From: an uncultured Candidatus Saccharibacteria bacterium
GTDB taxonomy: Bacteria; Patescibacteriota; Minisyncoccia; Phycocordibacterales; PALSA-1337
DNA length: 64,000 nucleotides
Direction of reading: 5' to 3'
NCBI GenBank assembly: GCA_964367745.1
Contig: CAYIYK010000003.1
Location: 10,248-74,247, forward strand
The translations under genes and the position numbers were made by a program. This document shows positions 48,664 through 57,495 of the stretch, piece by piece. The notes under the pieces were generated by a model, which saw only the letters and a program-made list of their open reading frames with translations, was not told the origin of the DNA and did no database searches. Positions within the stretch are counted from its first letter, which is position 1. Each line of letters starts with the position of its first letter.

Positions 48664-49675
48664 CTGCTTGAACACAGTTCCCTATTTTCCCAGAAAAAAC
48701 TTGTATTAGACGCTTATTTAACTTACTTACAATAGTTGGCCTTTCATCTGTCTTATCTTTATTTGGTAGTACCGTTCTTATTGTATACATTGAACCTATA
48801 TGTTCTGCTTTTGCCATATCGGGAATTATTTCTGAAGCAGATTTAAGAAATTTTTTGATATTTGTAATAGAAGGATCCTTAATTATCCCTTTATTTAAAA
48901 ATGGAACAATTTTTTTTGGAATCTTTGGAAAGGATCCGTTGTTTGTAGAATGTATAGCATGAACGACATTACCCATCACATGCATATCAGTCCTACCGTA
49001 AGGATCGATACAGAAAAATGGCCCATCTAAAATAACTATACTTTTTTTATTATATTCTTTAGGTAGTTTTATTAAGGGTTTTTCACAAACTTCAAATTGA
49101 TACTCATTGTGATTATCTTTGTTTTCTATAACAGAATTTAGATTGGCATAAGTACAATTTATAATATAATCATAATCATTTGAATTATTTGAAAAGCTTG
49201 TATTTAAAAATTGTTTTACTTTATTTTTATAAAGACGATTACTAACTATTTCTTTAAGTTTAGCGTGATCTATAATCGATTCTTTAACCCTAACGGATAG
49301 TTCGATCTTGTCTTTCTTTGCATGAGGCAAATCAACTATTTCAAAATCTAAATCACATCTTTTACAAAAATCCATGAATTGTTTAGCGGAAACCTTACTT
49401 CCTTGTGATGCTATACAATAATAATGCTCATTATCATTCACTACAGAATCTTTATACTCTTTTCTAAAAGAATTCTCTGAGTCACGAGAAGAAATAGCGG
49501 TCTCATCACTTCTTGGATAATGATAACCAACATGCAACCTAAACTGATTTGCACCAGATGCACCCATCAATATATCTGATTCTCTCTCAAAAATTTCAAC
49601 CTTAAAACCTTTTTCAGCAAGCTTGATAGCTACAGTAGTTCCAAATATTCCAGCTCCGACAACTGCGATTTTCAT
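48629..49675 (-). CDS. FAD-dependent oxidoreductase
   Basis: MKIAVVGAGIFGTTVAIKLAEKGFKVEIFERE is the GxGxxG dinucleotide-binding fold at the N-terminus. Confidence 0.55.
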   Translation of the reverse strand: MKIAVVGAGIFGTTVAIKLAEKGFKVEIFERESDILMGASGANQFRLHVGYHYPRSDETAISSRDSENSFRKEYKDSVVNDNEHYYCIASQGSKVSAKQFMDFCKRCDLDFEIVDLPHAKKDKIELSVRVKESIIDHAKLKEIVSNRLYKNKVKQFLNTSFSNNSNDYDYIINCTYANLNSVIENKDNHNEYQFEVCEKPLIKLPKEYNKKSIVILDGPFFCIDPYGRTDMHVMGNVVHAIHSTNNGSFPKIPKKIVPFLNKGIIKDPSITNIKKFLKSASEIIPDMAKAEHIGSMYTIRTVLPNKDKTDERPTIVSKLNKRLIQVFSGKIGNCVQAAKDVLNLIKKK

Positions 49676-49676
49676 T

Positions 49677-50687
49677 CTATTTTATTATCTTAAAAAGCTT
49701 GTCTGACAAAATAGACAATGAATGCTTGTTTGAAAAATCACTTAGTCTAGACAAAATATCCAATCGCTCTTTTTCAGAATAATTCATAACTCTCTCAATT
49801 TTATTTTTTAATTCATCTGTATCCCCTTGTTTAAAAATCAAATCATCACTTATTTCTCCTCTCAAATTATCATTTGAAGCAATAACAATACAACCACAAG
49901 CCATAGCCTCAAATATTGTCTTATCATACATTCCACTTGAAGATAGATTTATAAAAATTTCGTATTTAGAATATAGATCTATAGTTTCAATATTTGGAAC
50001 TCCTTTATGAAATTCTATTAATCCAGAAGATTTATTTTTTAATTCTTCATAATAAATTTTATCTTTTTCGATTGGATCACCGTAGACTGCAACTTTGATA
50101 CTTGGATCATTTATTTTATTTATTACATCTACTAAAACATGAATATTTTTTGAAGGTGATATTCTACCTATAGACAATATAGATTTTCCTAATCTAGTTA
50201 TATTTTTATTCGGTTTAAAGTTTTCTAAATCTACACCTACTGGCATTATTTCAGTCTTTCTGTATTTTGCTGTATATGAAAACTTAGATGTGCAAAACAC
50301 CTTTTTACAGAACATTGAAGCTATATCAGTAAGCATTGAACCTGAATGATGATTCCTCCACATGTATATATTCTTATTCATGATCTTCCACATAACTCCA
50401 GCGAGTAAGATATACTCTTGGTTCATATGAACAAAAACACTGTTGTATTCATTTCTCAATCGCCAAATATATTTATAAAAATTTAAAATATATTTTATCT
50501 TTGATTCCCCTTTTTCTTTACCCAAAGAAAATACTCTAACATTTTTAGGTAAATCGTATTCGCCTTTATAAAGACATATTACATTTACACTTTCATAGTT
50601 TTCTGAGAAAACTCTTACCCAATTATGAAAAAAGCCTAGTACAGGATCATTTTTATCAATCTTTTGAGTTATGATTAATAATTTCAT
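49677..50687 (-). CDS. GT4-family glycosyltransferase
   Basis: The C-terminal domain is GRISPSKNIHVLVDV...KVAVYGDP...IFINLSSSGMYDKTIFEAMACGCIVIASN (the EX7E-type motif). Confidence 0.65.
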   Translation of the reverse strand: MKLLIITQKIDKNDPVLGFFHNWVRVFSENYESVNVICLYKGEYDLPKNVRVFSLGKEKGESKIKYILNFYKYIWRLRNEYNSVFVHMNQEYILLAGVMWKIMNKNIYMWRNHHSGSMLTDIASMFCKKVFCTSKFSYTAKYRKTEIMPVGVDLENFKPNKNITRLGKSILSIGRISPSKNIHVLVDVINKINDPSIKVAVYGDPIEKDKIYYEELKNKSSGLIEFHKGVPNIETIDLYSKYEIFINLSSSGMYDKTIFEAMACGCIVIASNDNLRGEISDDLIFKQGDTDELKNKIERVMNYSEKERLDILSRLSDFSNKHSLSILSDKLFKIIK

Positions 50688-51775
50688 TTAATTTTATCTA
50701 TAATCTTTGAAGCTATATCTTCGCTTGTCCAATCGACAATACTTGCTCCTACATCCTTTGCGATACCTACGTCAGTTGAGATTATTTTGCAATTATTCGC
50801 TTCAGCTTCTTTGAATGTAAGACCGTAACCTTCATACCATGAACAAACTAGAAATACATCGCAACCTTTATAGTATGAGGTGAGATCAGTCTGCCACCCT
50901 TCAAATACAATATTTGATGAAATCTTCAGAATTTCAGATTTTCTTTTAAGATAATCCTGCATTGTTCCAGAACCGACAATCACGAGTCCTGTATCTGGTT
51001 TTTTAGCCAGAACAATCTTCATCGCATCTATAGCCATTGAGAAATTCTTTTCAGCTTCTATTCTTGAAACCATAAGAATGATATTTTTAAATTGAGGGAA
51101 TTTTTCTTTTAAAATAAAAGATGTTTTATCATTCTTTATATAATCAATATTTATATCTATAGGTTTTACTATTATATCTTCTGGATTAAATCCCCTTTTA
51201 GCTAGTGAATCTGCAATTTTATTTGATACTACTCTTATGATATTTGCATGATTTAAAGTAAAACGAGATATAAAAAGTCTTATTCTATTTAAAATAGAAT
51301 TCAAAATACCGATTCTTGCATCGACGAAATACGGACTATGCAGATCGGTATGTATTTGTATCAACAATTCAGAATTCTTTCTTTTACTATTTAGACATTT
51401 CCCCACCAAAGCGGTTTCAAAAGGATCTTGGCAAGTTATAAGTATTGGTATTTCTGAGTTTATTTCATTAATAATTTTTACACCGATCTTTCTCGCATCG
51501 CTTACATAGTTCCATCTTACAAATGATTTCGTAGAATAGATTTTGCAGTTTTTTGCTATTTCTTCATCATTAACTTTTGAATCTGAAAAGACAATAATAT
51601 GTAATTCTTTATATTGCTTTGAATATTCAAGCATTCTTCTTCTAACAGCACTTTTCTCTACAAGTATTTGTCTATCAGTTGAAATCATTATCACAGAATG
51701 ATTGGAATAATCTTTATATGTTGTTTTATAAACATTATTTGATTCTTTCATAAATCGAAATGATTTCATTCCCAA
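50684..51775 (-). CDS. GT4-family glycosyltransferase
   Basis: ILMVSRIEAEKNFSMAIDAMKIV...GLVIVGSG...VFLVCSWYEGYGLTFKEAEANNCKIISTDVGIAKD. Confidence 0.7.
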   Translation of the reverse strand: MGMKSFRFMKESNNVYKTTYKDYSNHSVIMISTDRQILVEKSAVRRRMLEYSKQYKELHIIVFSDSKVNDEEIAKNCKIYSTKSFVRWNYVSDARKIGVKIINEINSEIPILITCQDPFETALVGKCLNSKRKNSELLIQIHTDLHSPYFVDARIGILNSILNRIRLFISRFTLNHANIIRVVSNKIADSLAKRGFNPEDIIVKPIDINIDYIKNDKTSFILKEKFPQFKNIILMVSRIEAEKNFSMAIDAMKIVLAKKPDTGLVIVGSGTMQDYLKRKSEILKISSNIVFEGWQTDLTSYYKGCDVFLVCSWYEGYGLTFKEAEANNCKIISTDVGIAKDVGASIVDWTSEDIASKIIDKIK

Positions 51776-52757
51776 TATTCTCCCAACTATGAACCCAATT
51801 AAACTTCTTTACCTTATCTGCTTGTATTTTTCTATTCTTAGGGTCAGATATCCAGACAATCTTTTCGACTATATCATTTTTATTCATTGGATCTATAAAA
51901 ATCGCGCAATCTTTTACTCTATCTGATATACCATTCTCTTTTGTAAGAATAAAAGGAGTACCAACTCTTATGGCGTCAAAAATCATATTTGGACTTATAT
52001 CGCCAATCGAATTTAAAATCACCGCATAAGATCGTCTCATTCTCTCTTGGAAATTATCATAGACTGCTTTTGTAGTATCGAATTCTATATCTTCAAAACC
52101 TTTTTCTTTGACTTTATCCTGAGCAATTTTAAATGAACTCTTTAACAATTCTAGATTCTTCCACTTCAATTCTCTTGTACCAGCAACAAAAACTCTATTC
52201 TCTGGCTCTATTTGTTCATCTCTTTCTCCACAGAAATTCTCAACGATCATATTCTTTTCTGAATCAAGTTTATATACTTTTTCAAAAATATCTCTTTGCC
52301 ATTTTGTACTAAATATTATTGCTGAAGCATTCCTCATAGAATCACCTCCAACTTTAAATATTACTTTTTCTTTTTTAGATAGCTTATTAAGTGATGTATT
52401 ATAGAAATTTTTAAATAAAACCAAGTCTCCTGTTCTTTCAACATAATTTTCCCATAAGAAATCTCCTCCAGTTCTTATGATGTATTTTTTCCTCATAAGC
52501 TTGCAGGCATACATAGTAGGTACTGCTGCACTCCATGTATCAAGTACGAGTATCAAATCCGCATTCCATCCTTTTCTAAAAATCTTTAGAAAAAATAAAA
52601 AGTGTCTGAGGAATTTTGGGAATGCTCTCTCCCAACGATATGCAGCAACTTTTACATCATGACCCTGCTTTTTCCAGGTTTCATAAAGATTTCTAGCATA
52701 TTGAGCTGGACCACCAATATCTGGTGGATATATTCCTGATGAGATTAGAATTTTCAT
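51735..52757 (-). CDS. GT4-like glycosyltransferase; N-terminal paralog of 46570-47709
   Basis: MKILISSGIYPPDIGGPAQYARNLYETWKKQGHDVKVAAYRWE, with a GT-B C-terminal domain. Confidence 0.5.
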   Translation of the reverse strand: MKILISSGIYPPDIGGPAQYARNLYETWKKQGHDVKVAAYRWERAFPKFLRHFLFFLKIFRKGWNADLILVLDTWSAAVPTMYACKLMRKKYIIRTGGDFLWENYVERTGDLVLFKNFYNTSLNKLSKKEKVIFKVGGDSMRNASAIIFSTKWQRDIFEKVYKLDSEKNMIVENFCGERDEQIEPENRVFVAGTRELKWKNLELLKSSFKIAQDKVKEKGFEDIEFDTTKAVYDNFQERMRRSYAVILNSIGDISPNMIFDAIRVGTPFILTKENGISDRVKDCAIFIDPMNKNDIVEKIVWISDPKNRKIQADKVKKFNWVHSWENIGNEIISIYERIK

Positions 52758-53944
52758 ATTACCTTTAAGAATACCTTATTCTTCATATCACTTGCAATGA
52801 GGTTCCATTGATACTTTCTTTCTACCATATCCAAAGCATTTTTGACTATTTTCTCTTTTAAACTCTTATCATTTAAAAGCATTTCAACTTTCCAAGCTAT
52901 GCTCTTTGGATTTTTTACTTCACACAAAAGGCCTGTTTCTCCATCTTTAAGAAAATCTACTATTCCTCCAACCGGTGTTGCTATAACAGGAATTCCAGCA
53001 GCCATCGCTTCTATATATGAATTACCAAAACCTTCAGACAAAGATGGTCTTATGAAAATATCTGATACATGGAGATATTTTGGCATATCTACATGTTTAA
53101 CAAAACCTAAGAAGATCACTCTGTTATCGAGATTTAATCTCTTAGTTCTTTGCTTTAGCATTTCTTCTTCATGACCTGTACCCAAGACAAGGAATTTAAC
53201 ATTTTCTGGTAGATATGTTAGAGAATCAATGATATCTATAGTTGCATTTTTCTCAACCAATCTACTTGTAGTTACAATAAAAATATCTTTATCTTTTTTA
53301 TTCAGACTCTTTTTTAAATCATTAAATTCATTTTCATTTTTTCTATTTGAAAATAGAGAAAAATTCACGCCATTTGGTACAACAACAATCGGTGAACTTG
53401 CTCCCATATTTTTTGACCAGGTTGATAGGAAATTTGATATTACTTGAACAATATCCGCCTTTCTAAAAATCCTCATGAAAGATGATTTGAATATTCCTTG
53501 GCGAATCTTGAAGTTATCACCTTCTTGTATTGAAAGTACAAATGGAATATTTGGATTGAATATTTTAAATAAATAACCAGCAAAACCAGCATAACTTGCC
53601 ATCATTGACCATACTAAATCGTATTTATTTTTTCTATTTAGTTGTAGTGCCTTTATAAAAGCAAAAACTGGAAAAGTTAGTTTTGATAATGGGAATATCT
53701 TTGAACTTTTTGTATTACTACCAAACCAAGGCATACCAGCTCTATATACATTTATATTCCCTATTCTTTCAAATTTAGGAGCCTGTTTTCTTAAGGTTAT
53801 CATATCGAATTCCATATCAGACGGAAGGATACGATCAGTAATTTCTTTAATCGCTATTTCTGCCCCACCTATGAATCTTGGATAGTAAACTAGCGAAAAA
53901 ATGAGTATTTTCTTACTTTTTTGTTCATTTTTTACTTGTTCCAT
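52754..53944 (-). CDS. GT4-family glycosyltransferase
   Basis: IVTTSRLVEKNATIDIIDSL...FLVLGTGHEEEMLKQ...FIRPSLSEGFGNSYIEAMAAGIPVIATPVGGIVDFLKDGETGLL. Confidence 0.7.
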   Translation of the reverse strand: MEQVKNEQKSKKILIFSLVYYPRFIGGAEIAIKEITDRILPSDMEFDMITLRKQAPKFERIGNINVYRAGMPWFGSNTKSSKIFPLSKLTFPVFAFIKALQLNRKNKYDLVWSMMASYAGFAGYLFKIFNPNIPFVLSIQEGDNFKIRQGIFKSSFMRIFRKADIVQVISNFLSTWSKNMGASSPIVVVPNGVNFSLFSNRKNENEFNDLKKSLNKKDKDIFIVTTSRLVEKNATIDIIDSLTYLPENVKFLVLGTGHEEEMLKQRTKRLNLDNRVIFLGFVKHVDMPKYLHVSDIFIRPSLSEGFGNSYIEAMAAGIPVIATPVGGIVDFLKDGETGLLCEVKNPKSIAWKVEMLLNDKSLKEKIVKNALDMVERKYQWNLIASDMKNKVFLKVI

Positions 53945-53948
53945 TTTA

Positions 53949-55823
53949 TTACTTTACCTTAAGTACATCACGAAGTACATCTTCAGGAACCTCTCTTTTT
54001 GTGTCACTTTTTTCGTGATGATTAGCATGACTTTTATGTATTTCATTTGGTTTATGGTCACTTGAAGTATTTTGATGATTCGAATGATTTGAACCATCTG
54101 AATCTTTTTTTACATGCTCGTCCTTATGTGCCAAAACTGATGCCAAAGCACTCTTTAATTCATTTATTCTTTGTGGATGTGCATCTTTATGATGATTATG
54201 AGCCTTAGGTGTATTTGTTAGAGAATTCAGAGATACAGACTTTAACTTAGGAAGATTTGGTTGGGGTTTTGGATAATTTGATTGTTGCACATGATTTTGG
54301 ACACTTGGCTGTACAGGTGCTTGGACTGATTGTTGAGGTGGTTGCTGAATAGGCTGTTCTGCGACAATTGGCTTTGGTGGAGGTGGAGGTATATGTGCAG
54401 GTGCAGGTGTGGGTGCAACTGTAGCTACTGGTTTGGGCGGTTGTGTATTTGTTGCAGGAGTACTAGAACCATTCTGAGTAGAATTCGAAGCGGTAGATGC
54501 ACCGGGCGTAGGATTCTTTGGAGTTACAACAGGCTTTATTGGTGCAAGCCATTCTTCGATTTTCTTTTCTACTTCTGGTCTCTTACTAGCAAACTGTCTT
54601 CTTGATTCTTCAATCACAGCAAGAGCATTGGACTTCTCTGGTAAAGGAATGGGTGGCAATGTTGTAGCAGAAAATGGTGATGAACTTATACCATCAATCA
54701 TCAGTTTCAAATATATTTGAAATATTCCGAGATTAACAATATCTTCAGCGGTGAACTGTGGTGCGAATTCTTTTTCCAAAACTTCTGCATCATAAGCGCC
54801 AACACGGAACACGATCATTGTTCCAACGTTTCCAAAAACCGCAGCTCTAACCTCTTCTTCCATTTGCTCTATATACTGGTGAGCCATAGTAAGATTCAGT
54901 TTATATTTTCGAGCTTCAGAGAGAATATCTGCAAAAGATTCATTTGCAAATGATTGGAATTCGTCTACGAATAGATAGAAGTTTGGAAGTTTTTTTATAA
55001 CATTATCTGACACATCAGCACGAGAAAGTGCAGCGAGATATATCTTGGTTATTATCATTCCACCCAAAAGATTTGCATTCGATTCTCCGATTCTTCCTTT
55101 TGATAAGTTAACTATAAATATCTTACTCTTATCCATCATTTCACGGAGATTGAAAGATGATTTTGGTTGACCGATCATATTTCGTATCAGAGCATTCGCA
55201 GTGAACTGACCGATTTTATTTTGTATTGCAGGAACAGCTTCGGCAGCCATTCTTTCTGTATAGTTTGCAAATTCTTGTACCCAGAATGATTTTACTGATG
55301 GATCAGTAACACAGGCCACTACTTGCTTCCTGAATTCTTTATCAGAAAGCATTCTATTTACCCCAAGCAGGGTTGCGTCAGGATATTCAAGTAAAGCCAA
55401 AAGAGTATTTGTAAGAATATACTCCATTCTCGCTGACCAAGCATCTTGCCAGATCTTTTTGAATGTACTCATAAGACCAGATACAACTAGATGTCTTTTG
55501 TCATGATCAACGTTTTCAAGTACGTTGAATGATATAGGATAGTCCATATCAAAAGGTGCAAAATACACAACGTCTTGTCTTCTATTCTCAGGAATATATT
55601 CTAGTAGCAATTCCGCTGTCTTACCGTGAGGGTCGAGGAAGGCCATACCTTCCCCATTTTTTATATCTTGCACAGCCATGTTTTCAAGTAGAGTAGATTT
55701 ACCCATACCTGTCTTACCGATCACATAAACGTGCTTTGTTCTATCTTTGGCTTTAATACCAAAACTTACCTTTTTATTTCTGGCATCAGTTTGACCAAAA
55801 TATGTAATCTTTTCTTCATTCAT
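53949..55823 (-). CDS. Soluble P-loop ATPase of the VirD4/TraD (type IV coupling protein)/HerA-like superfamily, with a long C-terminal Pro/Gln-rich then His-rich disordered tail
   Basis: 624 aa. Walker A: HVYVIGKTGMGKSTLLENM. Walker B: NFYLFVDEFQSF. There is no N-terminal TM anchor. The C-terminal ~200 aa read PKPVATVAPTPAPAHIPPPPPKPIVAEQPIQQPPQQSVQAPVQPSVQ... and then HNHHKDAHPQ...HSNHQNTSSDHKPNEIHKSHANHHEKSD. Confidence 0.5.
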   Translation of the reverse strand: MNEEKITYFGQTDARNKKVSFGIKAKDRTKHVYVIGKTGMGKSTLLENMAVQDIKNGEGMAFLDPHGKTAELLLEYIPENRRQDVVYFAPFDMDYPISFNVLENVDHDKRHLVVSGLMSTFKKIWQDAWSARMEYILTNTLLALLEYPDATLLGVNRMLSDKEFRKQVVACVTDPSVKSFWVQEFANYTERMAAEAVPAIQNKIGQFTANALIRNMIGQPKSSFNLREMMDKSKIFIVNLSKGRIGESNANLLGGMIITKIYLAALSRADVSDNVIKKLPNFYLFVDEFQSFANESFADILSEARKYKLNLTMAHQYIEQMEEEVRAAVFGNVGTMIVFRVGAYDAEVLEKEFAPQFTAEDIVNLGIFQIYLKLMIDGISSSPFSATTLPPIPLPEKSNALAVIEESRRQFASKRPEVEKKIEEWLAPIKPVVTPKNPTPGASTASNSTQNGSSTPATNTQPPKPVATVAPTPAPAHIPPPPPKPIVAEQPIQQPPQQSVQAPVQPSVQNHVQQSNYPKPQPNLPKLKSVSLNSLTNTPKAHNHHKDAHPQRINELKSALASVLAHKDEHVKKDSDGSNHSNHQNTSSDHKPNEIHKSHANHHEKSDTKREVPEDVLRDVLKVK

Positions 55824-55875
55824 ATGGAGTTCTATATGTTTAATATTTTACCATGGTTTTTTATATTAAGTATAG

Positions 55876-57441
55876 TTAATTATGACTGTATATTGTATAT
55901 AAATTATCACTATATACCCTCTTCAAATTTGAGTATTTTAATAAATCATTTCTATTATCCTGTATTACATATTGAATATCGTATTTTTCTAGATTTTTTA
56001 ATATCCTTTCTTGTGTGTTTGAACTCATAACATCATGAATTCTCTCTGGCTTTGATATCCACTGCCCCGCATATAATGTCCAAAAAACATAATTTCTTGA
56101 ATAAAGCGGTATATATTGTGAAAGAGATTCCGGTGCCATAAATATTGAATCTTTAGAATTCGACTTTATCCAATTAAGTATGGGGACATATCTTTGAACA
56201 TAAATAGTATAATCTAAAGAGTTTTTATATGAATTAATTTGAATCAAAATAGAATTAAAAATACAAAGAATAGACAGCAGGTATATTATTGCAATACAAA
56301 TTTTTGATTTTATATTGTCAGACAGAAATTCCTTTATAAAATAGACTATTGAGATAACCAAGACTGGACTGAATACATACATTTCGAAATGACCATATTG
56401 CATTATAAGTCCAGTTATAACATGTTCATTTCTAGTTAGAAAACAAGCAGATATTAGGCCTGAAATAAATATAAATTCATCATTAATAATTTTATTCTTC
56501 TTATAAACCAAAAAGAGCAGCGTAGAACAGACTATAAAAATTGATATTCCAAACAAACTAACATCAGGAATATGACTCATTCTTAAATATTCATGTGGGA
56601 TGGTTAAATAGTACTCATGAGACATTAGATTCACAATCTGATAAAAGACTGGAATAGCCAATATTATACCTACTGATAAACTGACAACAAGACCCTTAAG
56701 TCTGTCAAATTCTTTTCTAAAAAAATAAATCCCAATAAAAACTAGATTTAACACAGTTAAATATGCATATGTAAAGAAATAAACATAGAATGACAAACCA
56801 AAGAAAATACCGAGGATGATATACCACAGTCTAGTATTCTTTTTAATTGCTAAATACAAAATATTTAAATATAAGAAAAAATACAAAGAACTGAATTGAG
56901 GATTAACAGGTCTAGAGAATATAAGGAATTGATCCTCATCAGTTACAAACCTAAACAGATTCAATAAATCATGAATATTTAACAGATCAACGAAATTCAA
57001 GAGATTATACCCAAGCACAATAAACAGTGACCCGAGTATAGATATGTGAATATTCCTAGTAATTCTATCGAGCAGCAAAAAAGACAGAAGGAAGATAATG
57101 ATCGGCAACACAAGTTCGTACAAAATCTTTAAATCCAGCGTATCTATACTTAATATGATACCTGGCAGTGCCAATATCATAGACGAAATAGATGAATCAA
57201 AGTGTGGGAAATTATAGCCATACTCTTTTATAAAAGGATTACAATTAAACGTACAACCCATGTATGCTCCTTGAATTTTATTCAGATATAGTGACTCTGC
57301 ATCGGTATTCATTATTGGTATACCACTAAAGTTAGTACTGTGAATAAATAAAATATTTGGCAATACATAAATAACACCGCAAACTAGAGAGATGATAAGG
57401 ATCGATAGAAATTTCTTAGAAAACATAAATAAATTATACAT
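55876..57441 (-). CDS. Large polytopic membrane protein immediately downstream of pilA. It is a candidate pilin glycosylation/assembly factor, in the position of tfpO/pilO O-oligosaccharyltransferases. The likely ATG is at 57441; the six-frame ORF starts at a TTG at 57444.
   Basis: About 520 aa with at least 12 predicted TM helices and several larger loops. It is on the same strand as pilA, 51 nt downstream. No soluble enzymatic motif was recognised by eye. Confidence 0.35.
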   Translation of the reverse strand: MYNLFMFSKKFLSILIISLVCGVIYVLPNILFIHSTNFSGIPIMNTDAESLYLNKIQGAYMGCTFNCNPFIKEYGYNFPHFDSSISSMILALPGIILSIDTLDLKILYELVLPIIIFLLSFLLLDRITRNIHISILGSLFIVLGYNLLNFVDLLNIHDLLNLFRFVTDEDQFLIFSRPVNPQFSSLYFFLYLNILYLAIKKNTRLWYIILGIFFGLSFYVYFFTYAYLTVLNLVFIGIYFFRKEFDRLKGLVVSLSVGIILAIPVFYQIVNLMSHEYYLTIPHEYLRMSHIPDVSLFGISIFIVCSTLLFLVYKKNKIINDEFIFISGLISACFLTRNEHVITGLIMQYGHFEMYVFSPVLVISIVYFIKEFLSDNIKSKICIAIIYLLSILCIFNSILIQINSYKNSLDYTIYVQRYVPILNWIKSNSKDSIFMAPESLSQYIPLYSRNYVFWTLYAGQWISKPERIHDVMSSNTQERILKNLEKYDIQYVIQDNRNDLLKYSNLKRVYSDNLYTIYSHN

Positions 57442-57471
57442 CAAAAAACACCCTATGGGTGTTTTTTGATG
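57439..57471 (-). terminator. Perfect 15-bp inverted repeat with a 3-nt loop between pilA and the downstream gene. On the minus-strand transcript it is a hairpin followed by a U-rich tract whose 3' arm contains the downstream gene's AUG.
   Basis: catcaaaaaacaccc-tat-gggtgttttttgatg on the plus strand, about 25 nt after the pilA stop codon. The minus-strand RNA reads 5'-caucaaaaaacaccc-aua-ggguguuuuuugAUG-uauaauuuauuuauguuuuc. Confidence 0.55.
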
Positions 57472-57495
57472 TAACCGTATTGTTACCAGATTGTA

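Noticed and set aside
54330-54605. A 91-aa Trp/Cys/Arg-rich ORF on the plus strand inside the ATPase gene.
   Set aside because: It is a shadow of the Pro/Gln-rich, GC-rich codon run (CCA/CAA read antisense as TGG/TTG). There is no independent support.
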